Positions 10,017 through 19,744 of a stretch of DNA of 64,000 nucleotides are shown here, piece by piece. Location of the stretch: IMG/VR virus record IMGVR_UViG_3300025141_000046, positions 1 through 64,000 of that record. One strand, 5' to 3'. Each line of letters begins with the position of its first letter. Positions within the stretch are counted from its first letter, which is position 1. The DNA is from a virus. The position numbers were made by a program, and so were the translations under genes. A model generated the notes under the pieces. It saw only the letters and a program-made list of their open reading frames with translations. It searched no databases and was not told the origin of the DNA.

Positions 10017-10820
10017 TCATTCCGGCCAAAAAAAGTTGGCGCCAATAGGAAGCGCCACCTCCCCTTGATGCATGCACTCTGGACACTTCATTAGCACATT
10101 CATATCAATCCCTGGCTCATTATTATTAATAAAATTTCTTAAAGACTTAGAGTCTCGTGCAGGCATCTTTCCAATAAACTGACGAATTGCATTGCCATCA
10201 GTAACACCATCAATTGCAACAATTTGGTATTCTAGTCTAGAAGTTACATCTCTGTCCACACCTTGCCCGCGTGTCATTTTTTTCATTCTGGTGATCATCG
10301 TTGTTCTTTCAGCTTCTTCCTTTCCAGTTAAGAATTTAAAGTGAACTGTCTTTCCTGTCACGGGAAGTGAAAACTCAAAAACATTTCCATCGCTACCGAC
10401 GGGTTCAAGGTCAAGCCGTCTAATTGAAAGGTCAGCCAGATTATAATCCTGAATGCTTCTTGCTGTACACTTTGGACAAGACGTATTAACACTATAGGCA
10501 GCTCCGTAACCTGTGATTCGAATTGCAATCATGATAGCATTTCGATCACCTGACAACAGGTCATCGGGATTTACATTTTTATCCAGGACACACGAAGAAA
10601 GAAGTGCTGATATTACTTTGCCCTGCTTGATTAGTGCAGATGACATTAAAATATCCTCTTCTCTCGCGGTCATTGATTTTATCTGAACAGTTTTTAAGTT
10701 ATGGAGGGGAGAATCTGAAGAATACACTTTTCCCTGCGAGGGTATGGGAACTGATTCAACGGGAACCTCCCAGTCGAATCTTTCTTTAACAATATCTTGC
10801 CTCTCTATAAGGTCACTCAT
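10017..10820 (-). CDS. T4 gp26-like baseplate hub/tail assembly chaperone
   Basis: VPIPSQGKVY, IKSMTAREEDIL, DLLSGDRNAIMIAIRITGYG, two CxxC (CPKC, CPEC), C-terminal FFWP; between tube and tape measure. Confidence 0.8.
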   Translation of the reverse strand: MSDLIERQDIVKERFDWEVPVESVPIPSQGKVYSSDSPLHNLKTVQIKSMTAREEDILMSSALIKQGKVISALLSSCVLDKNVNPDDLLSGDRNAIMIAIRITGYGAAYSVNTSCPKCTARSIQDYNLADLSIRRLDLEPVGSDGNVFEFSLPVTGKTVHFKFLTGKEEAERTTMITRMKKMTRGQGVDRDVTSRLEYQIVAIDGVTDGNAIRQFIGKMPARDSKSLRNFINNNEPGIDMNVLMKCPECMHQGEVALPIGANFFWPE

Positions 10821-10839
10821 TTACTATCTCCTACTATGA

Positions 10840-10868
10840 AAAGTACACAAACTTACCGTGCGTGTAAA
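10840..10868 (-). promoter_or_regulatory. Sigma70-like promoter TTTACA-N17-TACTTT for the tail chaperone
   Basis: 17-nt spacer, immediately downstream of the tube terminator, GGAG RBS follows. Confidence 0.45.
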
Positions 10869-10900
10869 TAAAAATAAAAGCCCTGCTTTGGGCAGGGCTT
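10867..10900 (-). terminator. Rho-independent terminator after tail tube
   Basis: Stem AAGCCCTGC/GCAGGGCTT (10878-10900) followed on the minus strand by a T-rich run. Confidence 0.85.
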
Positions 10901-10924
10901 AAATATTTTCCTAATATAAACTTT

Positions 10925-11416
10925 TTAGTACTGCAAGATGCAGTTATCATATCTTAGAGTCAAATCAATAGTTACGGGCGTGTTGTCCGTATCGTATGTA
11001 AGAGTCTGAAAGTTTACTGAGTTGATCATGGTACCTTTCATGTCCCAGTGCTCTACAACAGTTCCTATCGGATCTAGAAGTTTAATTTGAATATCTCTCT
11101 TGTAAAAGTCAGCATATCCTGCTCTTCCAGACACTGATTCGTAATGAGTTCTGATCCACTCCATAACCTGCTGGGCACCAGATGGTGCTATCGGGTCATA
11201 AAGGGTGATGCTCATTGTCTGAAATTGCATCCTTCCACTCAAGTATCTGTATGAGTTAATAAAAGGAATCGGAAGTTCCTGAAACTGCATTTGCGGTCTA
11301 GCAGCAGTTTTCATTAGGAATGAATCAATACCCTCTATGGCGAAAACCCACCGGAACTGACGCTTGGGTTCGAACTTGTTAGGTAGCATTTCGCTAACTG
11401 AAAGTGTTTCTGCCAT
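10925..11416 (-). CDS. gp19: Tail tube protein (T4 gp19-like)
   Basis: FEPKRQFRW...ITLYDPIAPSGAQQVMEW...GYADFYKRDIQIKLLDPIGTVVEHW...LTLRYD; follows sheath. Confidence 0.92.
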   Translation of the reverse strand: MAETLSVSEMLPNKFEPKRQFRWVFAIEGIDSFLMKTAARPQMQFQELPIPFINSYRYLSGRMQFQTMSITLYDPIAPSGAQQVMEWIRTHYESVSGRAGYADFYKRDIQIKLLDPIGTVVEHWDMKGTMINSVNFQTLTYDTDNTPVTIDLTLRYDNCILQY

Positions 11417-11444
11417 TTGAATAATCTCCTAGTGTTTCAATCTA

Positions 11445-11451
11445 TAAGTAT
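11445..11451 (-). promoter_or_regulatory. Putative late promoter ATACTTA (tube)
   Basis: ATAnTTA in the short sheath-tube intergenic region. Confidence 0.55.
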
Positions 11452-11465
11452 AACGTTGTTTTATT

Positions 11466-14400
11466 TTAAACACTGTCAAAATTACCTGCGTTAGCAACAG
11501 TAAAATCAAGTGCAATAAACTCTGCTGTCCGAGTGGGCTGCAGATAAATCTTTCCTCTAATTGTGTTATTTTCAATGTCCGCTTGTGTGGTTGTGGTTGT
11601 ATCAATAATAACCTTGTACCTATCAACTCCGCCATTGTCCTGAATTGTCTGCATGATTGGCTTAACTAGTGCATTAAATCTATCAAGCGTTTCCTGCCTG
11701 TTGGGCTCAAAGAGTAGTGAATTAGCAATATTCTTAACTTTTCGTCTGATATCAATCAATAGTCTTCTAACATTGATTCTATCTAGTGCAGATGCATTTG
11801 CCATCAGCGTTTTTTGACCCCAGACAACCGGGTCCTGTCCGACAAACTCAACAAGAGGATTAATTCTCTCTTCATACAGTTTATCTAAGTCATCCCTTTC
11901 AAGGGGAAGTGTGCATGCACTAATGCTAGCGTCTAGCCTTGCTCTTGAAAAACCTGCAGGTGCGTTAAAAGGTTGACCGTAGTAATCATTTCTTGACATT
12001 GCTCCCATGACTGCGACGCTTGGAGGAGCAACTTGCTCTCCTGACCCGTAGCCTATATCAATTACGACATCTGGATAATAAGCAGCTGCAAAAGAGCTAT
12101 CGAGACCCCTAGCAGCAAATCCTGCAGCAGTGTATGTTACACTTGGAATTATTACAGAGCCATCAGCTGCCACTGACCCAGTCATGACAACATTATTCTG
12201 GCTTCTCTGCTCAATATCCATGATATACAAAGCATCAAATCTATTTTCGACTGTACTCATAGCATAGTCAGTAACACTTGAGTGTCTAATTCCCGGGATT
12301 GTTAGCAATTTTACGTCAACGTCTGCTTTGACGCCCATGAGATCAAGTGCCTTTCTATATGTTGCAACTGTTGGTCCAGATACACCGCCTTGATTAATAG
12401 AGTCATCCATCTCTCTCTTGCAAGCTGTCGATGTAAAATCAGCCTTGTCGATGTCGAAAATGTCTGTACCGTCGAATCCCCCTTGCATATAGACTGAATA
12501 TTTTGCGAATGTTCTGTTTCCTGACGTCCTAAGATCATTCACATTCAATGCTCTCATTCCAAAACCTGGTGTAATTGAACCTTTTCGAATGTATGATGCG
12601 CTATGCCAGAAATCTGGATCTGCAATGTCGCCACTAGACCCTGTCTTGATTCTGATTCTCTCTAGCGTGAATATATTATTGTTGAATGCGTCGCAATCTA
12701 AAACCGTACCATTAACTGCTGCAGTGCCTGGATTATCTCCAACAGAGAAGTTGAATGCTCCGGGAGAGAAAGATGGGAAGAACTTTGTTTTTGTCACCAG
12801 CGAAAGGTCTTGACCGCCGCCATTTAGGCTTCGAAGCTTAGTTGATCCATAGGGATCTGTAATTAGAACATTTGCAACTCTCATTTCAAATTGAACACCC
12901 CAAAATAAGTTTGCGTTAGCTAGAATATCTGAAGAATCCCCGGGCGTGCCACGTTTGACATCGTCTCTATACCTTATTGGCGGTTCAGTGATCTCCTTAT
13001 ACGGGGTGGTGGGTACCAGGGCTGCGCCTGACTCTAGGTCTGCGAGAGGTCCGCTACCAGATGTTACAAGGTGATCCGGTCCTCTGAATCCCATGGGGAG
13101 TGCATCGTCAGGAACATTTCCCAACTCTAGCGCTTTTGGAATTTCAACTCTAATGAGTGAGGAGTTTCCAGGAAAGTTTCCTTCAACAACAAGCTTCTGG
13201 CTTCCAGCTGCCTGGTCAAAATCGAAGAATACTTGCTGGTCACCAATAACTCTTCCAATATATTTGTCACTGCCCAGATCTAAATTACACCCAAGGTGAC
13301 CCTCGAGAACTGCTGGAGAATCATCTGTATCATCAAATTCTCTTACAAGAACATCAAAAGTTCCAAACTTATCAGTTGCTGTTGCATTAGCAGGTGAAAT
13401 ATTTACAATAGAGATCTTATACTTTGATGACGGTATTGCACCGTCACCGCGAGCTTTGATTCTAAATAAGTTGTACTTAGTACCTCCAAAATCTTGAGAT
13501 ATAAAGTGAGGTGTTTTTGCTGCAGTAAATCTTTCCTGGAATGATTCGTAGTTAGGAGATACCCCAGCTGTATATGTGTCTCTTGCTTGAGAACCCGTTG
13601 TGATAAATCCGACATCCTCGAGCCTCGAATCTCCGGTGCCCTCTACATCAGCATGGAGAACAACACCGCTACCCGTAATTATAGCAAACCCTGGCGCTAG
13701 ATCATACCAGCTATATAGACAATGACCTTTTTTCTGAAGGAGTGTGGGGTCCTTATTGAGCTTCGTTGGAAAATACATCCCTGAATTTGAATCAAATGAT
13801 GCTGTAATTACATTACTGTTTCCACCATTTGGAATGTGACCGTTAAGAAGCAGTACGAACTCACCATCATGGACCTTGACAGATCCGCTCATCCCACCTT
13901 TCACTGATGCTGCACCCGGGATGGCCTCGTCTGTAACACTGGGTGCATTGGAATTTACTGCATGTGAACATGACAACTGAGGAATGACACCAGAAGGTGC
14001 CATCAATACACCTCTTAAAATAGGGGCAGAGCGGTTTTCTCCAACTATCTGAATATTAGCATCTGAAAATACAGTACTGCCAGCTGACTCTGACATGAAG
14101 CATCCCATGAAATATGTTCTACCTGGTGGAGCGTACGGGTGGGCCAAGCCCACTGCACTGGGATTTGCACCCACAATGCCATCATTTTGAACTAAGTTTG
14201 ATCCAACAGCAAATCCAGCCCGAGTTACCTTTCCAGTTGATGTGCTGCGCTGGTTTCCATCACCAACACCCAATACTCTAAGGTATGTTAGTGCTGTCGC
14301 ATTTCTTAAAAATGTATAAACAGCCATGGGACCGTAGATATCAGGCGGTGTTCTCCCTAGTGTTGCTGCATCAAATTGTGGTGCACCAAAGACGGCTGTA

Positions 14401-14561
14401 TAATCACTAAACGTCCCAAGTGTAATTGGGACAAATGCTGGGCCGTCCGTTGCGACACCTATCACCCCTGCAGGGACACCCATTGGGCCTGTTAGCGTAG
14501 GCTGTGATAGATCCGTCTCGGTGGAAAAAACTCCAGCGCTTTTGTAAACTTTTTCTGACAT
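11466..14561 (-). CDS. gp18: Tail sheath protein, paralogue 2
   Basis: N-terminal SAGVFSTETDLS...GPAFVP; C-terminal APAGFSRA, LYEERINP, VWGQKTL, ALDRINVRRLL, LFEPN, YLQPTRTAEFIALDF. Confidence 0.95.
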   Translation of the reverse strand: MSEKVYKSAGVFSTETDLSQPTLTGPMGVPAGVIGVATDGPAFVPITLGTFSDYTAVFGAPQFDAATLGRTPPDIYGPMAVYTFLRNATALTYLRVLGVGDGNQRSTSTGKVTRAGFAVGSNLVQNDGIVGANPSAVGLAHPYAPPGRTYFMGCFMSESAGSTVFSDANIQIVGENRSAPILRGVLMAPSGVIPQLSCSHAVNSNAPSVTDEAIPGAASVKGGMSGSVKVHDGEFVLLLNGHIPNGGNSNVITASFDSNSGMYFPTKLNKDPTLLQKKGHCLYSWYDLAPGFAIITGSGVVLHADVEGTGDSRLEDVGFITTGSQARDTYTAGVSPNYESFQERFTAAKTPHFISQDFGGTKYNLFRIKARGDGAIPSSKYKISIVNISPANATATDKFGTFDVLVREFDDTDDSPAVLEGHLGCNLDLGSDKYIGRVIGDQQVFFDFDQAAGSQKLVVEGNFPGNSSLIRVEIPKALELGNVPDDALPMGFRGPDHLVTSGSGPLADLESGAALVPTTPYKEITEPPIRYRDDVKRGTPGDSSDILANANLFWGVQFEMRVANVLITDPYGSTKLRSLNGGGQDLSLVTKTKFFPSFSPGAFNFSVGDNPGTAAVNGTVLDCDAFNNNIFTLERIRIKTGSSGDIADPDFWHSASYIRKGSITPGFGMRALNVNDLRTSGNRTFAKYSVYMQGGFDGTDIFDIDKADFTSTACKREMDDSINQGGVSGPTVATYRKALDLMGVKADVDVKLLTIPGIRHSSVTDYAMSTVENRFDALYIMDIEQRSQNNVVMTGSVAADGSVIIPSVTYTAAGFAARGLDSSFAAAYYPDVVIDIGYGSGEQVAPPSVAVMGAMSRNDYYGQPFNAPAGFSRARLDASISACTLPLERDDLDKLYEERINPLVEFVGQDPVVWGQKTLMANASALDRINVRRLLIDIRRKVKNIANSLLFEPNRQETLDRFNALVKPIMQTIQDNGGVDRYKVIIDTTTTTQADIENNTIRGKIYLQPTRTAEFIALDFTVANAGNFDSV

Positions 14562-14585
14562 CTAAATGAACTCCATTCTATAACT

Positions 14586-14592
14586 TAATTAT
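14586..14592 (-). promoter_or_regulatory. Putative late promoter ATAATTA (sheath 2)
   Basis: ATAnTTA in the 34-nt gap between the sheath genes. Confidence 0.55.
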
Positions 14593-14595
14593 CGT

Positions 14596-17500
14596 CTAAA
14601 CGAAATCTACACCTGCATTTGTGATGATAAAGTCAATTGCTATGAATTCAACAGCACGTGTTGGAACTATGACAATACGACCATTGAGAATATTGTTCTC
14701 AATATCAAGATCTGTATTGTTTGAAGAATCCATGACAATTCTAAATTGATCAATACCTTGTTGTGTCTGGATACTTGCCAGCAGCGGTGTAACCTCGGCG
14801 ACAAATCTTGCTCTTGTTGCTGGTGTATTTTGCTCAAAGACTAACTTCGTTGCCACATCACCAACAACTCTCTTGACCTCAAGCAACATCCTTCTAACAT
14901 TAACTCTATCTAGAGAGCTCCTTAGAGCCTGCAGCGTCTTCTGGCCAAAGATAACGTATCCTGCTCCTGGGAATGATGCGATTGGATTTATTCTATTTTC
15001 GTACAGGTTGTCTCTATTTTCCTGGTTAAGTCTAACATTCGTGTTTGTAACGAAACCTAATGATCCTCTATTGAATCCAGCAGGTGCGAACCACGGATAC
15101 GAAATACTATCTGTATATGCAAGTGCTCCAATAACTGCAACTGACGATGGAACGTCAACTGGCCTGTTATTAATATCATCAAATATTCTAACATCTGGGA
15201 AGTATGCACCGGCATAGTTGTTATCTATTCCTCGTCCTGCGAAGACCGATGCAGTTTTATCGACGCTAGGTCTATTGATGCTATCTCTAAACAATCTTGC
15301 CTGGTCCGCGTCGTAAGAAGGAACGTCAACTATGTAAAATCCCTTACCATAGCTTCCCAGTCTTAGCATTACATAATCTGTCAATGAAGAATCTCTAATT
15401 CCCGGTATGCAGACGATATTCACACGAGATGACACCTCAGATGTCAATATTCTCGCTGACGCTCTGTATGACTGAACTATTGCACTTTTGGCGCCGGCGC
15501 CAAAGTCATTTACTGTCGTATTTAAGCCAATATCCAGTGTTGCCCCGGATGCATATCCGCCTGTATCTGATGAAGATGACTTATCGTTCATCTTCACCAT
15601 GTTTGAATCAAGGATATTAACTCCGTCAAAGCCTCCGTAAATCATATTTGTGAACTTAGTGTAATCAACAAATTTGTTAAAGTACAGTGATGATGTAAGT
15701 GATGCTAGACTAGCAAATGTAAGTCTGTTATTGTACTCTGATCCATCTCTAATTGTATACAGTGCCGGATCCGGAGATCCATCTCTTATGTATGCTGCAT
15801 CAATAATATGATCAGCTGCTGATCCAGTTATCTGTGAAGTTACAGATCCAACAACATCACCCGTATATGATCCTGTTCCGTTATAGAATGCTACTCTTGC
15901 TAGTGTGAACTTGTTATTATTGAATTTATCAGCACCTGAGCCTGTTGTAAAGACGTCTAGCTTTTGTATTCCTAAAAGCTTAGCATACGAAGTTATAAGA
16001 GGGTTAGTAGTTGATCCCAGGTTTGATCTATAGATAGAATCTGTCCTTGTTGAGCTTGAGACTGCAAGGTGCTCAAATTTAACACCCCAGTACAGACTAG
16101 CATCGACAAGCTCTTCATCACCGCTCTGGCCGGTAAAATCTGGAGTTTTATCAAGAATTCCCCTTGTAACTTTAAATCTTAGCGGAACAGGGGGCACGAT
16201 TGATCCTGTCATAGATTTCGCGCCTCTACTTTGCCACAACAATGTGGCGGCTGCGACTGAGCCCGCGCCAGTACAGGCTGACATTCTTCTAGTATTTTGC
16301 GAAGGTACCGATACACCCTTTATTGCAGTACCGTCATCTGTTAGACAATCACTTGTCTTAATCGATGGTAACCCTCTGAATCCGAATGGAAGAGCTGTGA
16401 TAGGAACCTGACCGGCTTCTAGATCGCTGGAAGCAACAACTCTGACCCTGCTAGATTTATTGGGATACCTGCCAGTTACTACAACTCTCTTTTCACTGTC
16501 AATTTGTGCATCGAAGTTGTAAAATGCTTTCATATCACCGATCTTCTTTGCAACGTAGTCAGCACTTTTTGGATTTAAAGTACACCCTGTATATCTCTCA
16601 ATAACTGATATGCTTCTATCACTGTCTGAAAAATCTCGCACCTCAACAGTAAATGTACCATATGGGTCTTGTTCAGGGCTCAGAGGCATTCTGATATCCC
16701 TGATGGATATCTTGAACGATGTATTTGCGACTGCGCCATCAGAAATTGTCTCGATTCTAAACAAGTCGTATTCTTTATCACCGTATGGTTGTGAGATGAA
16801 GAATGTAGAGGTTGGTGTTTGAAATCTTGTATCAAATCTTCCGAATGCATTGTTGAAAGATACAGATGCTCCTAAGCCGCTAGTTGATGAACCTGCTGCT
16901 GAACCTGACATTAGACAGATTGATCCCGTAACCATGGCCCAGGACCTGGCCACAGATCCCCTATCTACCTCTGCCACCTCATTTTCAACTGCAAAGTCTC
17001 CGTAAAGCAAGTGCTGCTCTTTCTGAAAAAGTTGTGGATCAGTATTTAATATCTTTCCTATGTAAGCGTCATTAGCAGGATCTAGTGATGCCGTATATAT
17101 TCTAACTCCAGCAAAGCCATCTGCAGCTGCAAAACTTGATCCCGCTGTGGATGAAAGAACTAGCTTAAATAGACCTGCAGAGGAAGGCTTTGCAACATCA
17201 TTATTTGTTGCAAGTGTCTCTCCATAAGTTGCAGAAGCATATGTAAGCACTTGAAATCTTGATCCAGTAGGAGTCATAAGCACGCCTCTGACAAGATTTA
17301 CAGTTTGATCAGTAAGGGGCATTGAAGCATTGTCTGTAAAAATTGGATATCCCACAGCTTCAGCTCCAGATACATAGTGTCTTGCAGAGATAAACTGTAC
17401 GCAACCTAATTTTCTGCCTTTGTCATATGCTGGACCTTCTGTCCCTGCCGCTCCGTCGGCCCCTTGAATTACAAAACCTGCACTCTTGACAATTCCCGCA

Positions 17501-17805
17501 CCTTCAGTGAGAGTGATGTCTGTAGACGTTATGTTTGCTCCGGCACCTAAAACTCTGACATACGTCAGCGCTGATCGGTGCTTTAAAAACTCATTAACTG
17601 CATAAGGTCCAAACATGTCAGGATCTAGAGATCCAAACTTATTTTCAAACTCTAAAAATGATCCTACAGTTACCGGAACAAATGCTGGTCCCATTCTGGC
17701 AGTTCCTGCAACTCCAGCAGGTACTCCCGAGACCGACGTTTTTGACTGAGATAGATCTATCTCCCTCTCAAAAAACCCGGGTGATTTAAATGTCTGTTCA
17801 GCCAT
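14596..17805 (-). CDS. gp18: Tail sheath protein, paralogue 1
   Basis: N-terminal FKSPGFFEREIDLS...GPAFVP; C-terminal PWFAPAGFNRG, LYENRINPI, FGQKTL, LDRVNVRRML, PTRAVEFIAIDF. Confidence 0.95.
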   Translation of the reverse strand: MAEQTFKSPGFFEREIDLSQSKTSVSGVPAGVAGTARMGPAFVPVTVGSFLEFENKFGSLDPDMFGPYAVNEFLKHRSALTYVRVLGAGANITSTDITLTEGAGIVKSAGFVIQGADGAAGTEGPAYDKGRKLGCVQFISARHYVSGAEAVGYPIFTDNASMPLTDQTVNLVRGVLMTPTGSRFQVLTYASATYGETLATNNDVAKPSSAGLFKLVLSSTAGSSFAAADGFAGVRIYTASLDPANDAYIGKILNTDPQLFQKEQHLLYGDFAVENEVAEVDRGSVARSWAMVTGSICLMSGSAAGSSTSGLGASVSFNNAFGRFDTRFQTPTSTFFISQPYGDKEYDLFRIETISDGAVANTSFKISIRDIRMPLSPEQDPYGTFTVEVRDFSDSDRSISVIERYTGCTLNPKSADYVAKKIGDMKAFYNFDAQIDSEKRVVVTGRYPNKSSRVRVVASSDLEAGQVPITALPFGFRGLPSIKTSDCLTDDGTAIKGVSVPSQNTRRMSACTGAGSVAAATLLWQSRGAKSMTGSIVPPVPLRFKVTRGILDKTPDFTGQSGDEELVDASLYWGVKFEHLAVSSSTRTDSIYRSNLGSTTNPLITSYAKLLGIQKLDVFTTGSGADKFNNNKFTLARVAFYNGTGSYTGDVVGSVTSQITGSAADHIIDAAYIRDGSPDPALYTIRDGSEYNNRLTFASLASLTSSLYFNKFVDYTKFTNMIYGGFDGVNILDSNMVKMNDKSSSSDTGGYASGATLDIGLNTTVNDFGAGAKSAIVQSYRASARILTSEVSSRVNIVCIPGIRDSSLTDYVMLRLGSYGKGFYIVDVPSYDADQARLFRDSINRPSVDKTASVFAGRGIDNNYAGAYFPDVRIFDDINNRPVDVPSSVAVIGALAYTDSISYPWFAPAGFNRGSLGFVTNTNVRLNQENRDNLYENRINPIASFPGAGYVIFGQKTLQALRSSLDRVNVRRMLLEVKRVVGDVATKLVFEQNTPATRARFVAEVTPLLASIQTQQGIDQFRIVMDSSNNTDLDIENNILNGRIVIVPTRAVEFIAIDFIITNAGVDFV

Positions 17806-17838
17806 TAAACAAATCTCCTGTTCTACTCTATACAGATA

Positions 17839-17845
17839 TAACTAT
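17839..17845 (-). promoter_or_regulatory. Putative late promoter ATAGTTA (sheath 1)
   Basis: ATAnTTA upstream of an AGGAG RBS. Confidence 0.55.
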
Positions 17846-17866
17846 CTCTTAAGAGACCAAAAATCT

Positions 17867-19069
17867 CTATTCAGATGTAGGTGAATCTAACGTTGTTTCT
17901 AATTCTTTTGAAATTCGTGAACTAGCTACGGTCTCACCTGCCCTTTCGTTCCTTATTATGATCTTAGATACCTTAATCGTATCAGTATTAGTAAAGGGGT
18001 TTGTAATTGTCTCAACGACTTTGGCGGAATCCTGCCCTCTTTTTAATTTTTCCATTCCCTGGGTCTCAATCTCAGATAGCGTAAACTTATTTTGATCCAC
18101 AACATCATCAGGATTCTTATCATCTGTAAAAACAAATCCGCTTGTTTGATTATATCCAAACTCAATTTGTGTAGCAGACTGATATTTTCTAAATGGTGAC
18201 GGGAGACCGTCTTTTTTTGATGAAAATAGATATCCTGGTACATCAATAGTAAAATTGTACTTTATAATTCTTTCATCTTTGGAAAAATCACTAAAATTAT
18301 CAGATGTAGATAGTGGTGACTTAATAAATGCAACGTATTCCATTCCCGACCTAGTTATCATTTGAAATCCTGTATCCTGGCCCGAAAATCTTGTTAGCAT
18401 GATCTCTATCATCTGGTTCATATTTTGAACATACTGCGTCCAAAATACAACCTCGTAAGAAATCATCATAAAAGTAGGATATGGTGCTGTGATAATTTCA
18501 AAAATATTATCTGTTAGGCTATTATCAAGAGTTGCGACTTGCGAATCAGATAGAAGAGATAGATTTTTTCCATTTCTTCTAGTTGTTAACGTACCAGGTT
18601 TTGCAACATTTCCTGGAAAAATATCTTTCTTGTCAAAGTTCTTTCTACTTGAAACGTTTTTCTGACTTTTTATTCCACCCCTGTTGATAATATTTTGATA
18701 ATTTCTGTCCTTGGGAGAGAGCCTCTTTTTAACAACATATAGCGGTTGATCTCTAAAAGCTATGGGTGTTCCGTACCCGCCCTGCCCAGGAGAAAGATCT
18801 ATGCTTTTTCGGTATATCGCTATTACGGGCAATATAATTGCATTATTTCTGTCTCTTATTGGAGAATTTCTCCTAGTCAGGGCGAATCTTTCACCGGTTG
18901 AGAAAACAACGGGAACTTTTGTTGACTGATCGTCTATCTTAACCTGGAGAGGTAATGTTTTATCGAATAAATCAAAAATGGCCCTATCAATATCCTCTAT
19001 TCCAGATGGCGGTAAGTCAAAATCTTCAGCTTCTGGCAAGTTATTTCTATCATCAAATACGTTAGACAA
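17867..19069 (-). CDS. Tail terminator / sheath stabiliser (gp15-like)
   Basis: IEDIDRAI, VPVVFSTGERF, ILPVIAIYR, YEVVFWTQYVQNMNQMIE, ERIIKYNFTIDVPGYL; between neck and sheath. Confidence 0.65.
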   Translation of the reverse strand: MSNVFDDRNNLPEAEDFDLPPSGIEDIDRAIFDLFDKTLPLQVKIDDQSTKVPVVFSTGERFALTRRNSPIRDRNNAIILPVIAIYRKSIDLSPGQGGYGTPIAFRDQPLYVVKKRLSPKDRNYQNIINRGGIKSQKNVSSRKNFDKKDIFPGNVAKPGTLTTRRNGKNLSLLSDSQVATLDNSLTDNIFEIITAPYPTFMMISYEVVFWTQYVQNMNQMIEIMLTRFSGQDTGFQMITRSGMEYVAFIKSPLSTSDNFSDFSKDERIIKYNFTIDVPGYLFSSKKDGLPSPFRKYQSATQIEFGYNQTSGFVFTDDKNPDDVVDQNKFTLSEIETQGMEKLKRGQDSAKVVETITNPFTNTDTIKVSKIIIRNERAGETVASSRISKELETTLDSPTSE

Positions 19070-19077
19070 ATTTCACC

Positions 19078-19740
19078 TCAATCCTCCCCGTAGAAAGTGG
19101 ATCCCGCTGGGCCCCCTGCCTTCTCTGTTACACCCTTGGGCCCAGTCAATGGTTTATCTAGGACCCCATCTTTCTGAAGGTCTCTGACGTCCCCTGTTAC
19201 ACCCTCCTGATTGTGTGAATATCCACGCTGCTGATAATAATTTTCCTGGACAGCATCGGGATCACTATATCTTTCATCTGTGGGTCCGAATACATGTGTT
19301 TCGAATTGACCTTTTCTTGCCTGCTTGCCTGTTATAGTTATGAACCCCTTGTGCTCAACTTGTCCGTATATTGTATTTGAATCTGGAACTGTAATGATTT
19401 CAAAAAATACAGCACCATAACTAAAAAAATCACCCTCAACGACTTTAATACCTTTATCTATCATATCTCTTTCTTGAACATACGCTTCTATAGTGTAATA
19501 CTCTTCAGTTCCAAACTTATTAGCCCTAATATCTTGAGGCTGGTACTTAACTAGCGCATCTAGCTTAATAGGATTTTCAAAAACTTTTCTTGTTGATTCT
19601 TCATACACATCATGAACATTTGACTTCGTAGTTGAAATAGGGTAGTAGTATATGTGCTGCCCAATAACATCCTTCACCATCTCTTTTGCAAGATCGTTGA
19701 TAAAGTTAATCTCTCTGGGTGAAATGAAAAGTCTACTCAT
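19078..19740 (-). CDS. Neck / head closure protein (gp14-like)
   Basis: DVIGQHIYYY...DVYEE...F.NPIKLDALV...EGDFFSYG.VFFEI; synteny. Confidence 0.7.
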   Translation of the reverse strand: MSRLFISPREINFINDLAKEMVKDVIGQHIYYYPISTTKSNVHDVYEESTRKVFENPIKLDALVKYQPQDIRANKFGTEEYYTIEAYVQERDMIDKGIKVVEGDFFSYGAVFFEIITVPDSNTIYGQVEHKGFITITGKQARKGQFETHVFGPTDERYSDPDAVQENYYQQRGYSHNQEGVTGDVRDLQKDGVLDKPLTGPKGVTEKAGGPAGSTFYGED

Positions 19741-19744
19741 TAGC

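Noticed and set aside
10925-19069. Bacterial eCIS, tailocin or T6SS locus (two sheaths, tube, Pvc-like proteins)
   Set aside because: Contiguous with capsid, portal, protease and terminase genes, so it is a phage tail
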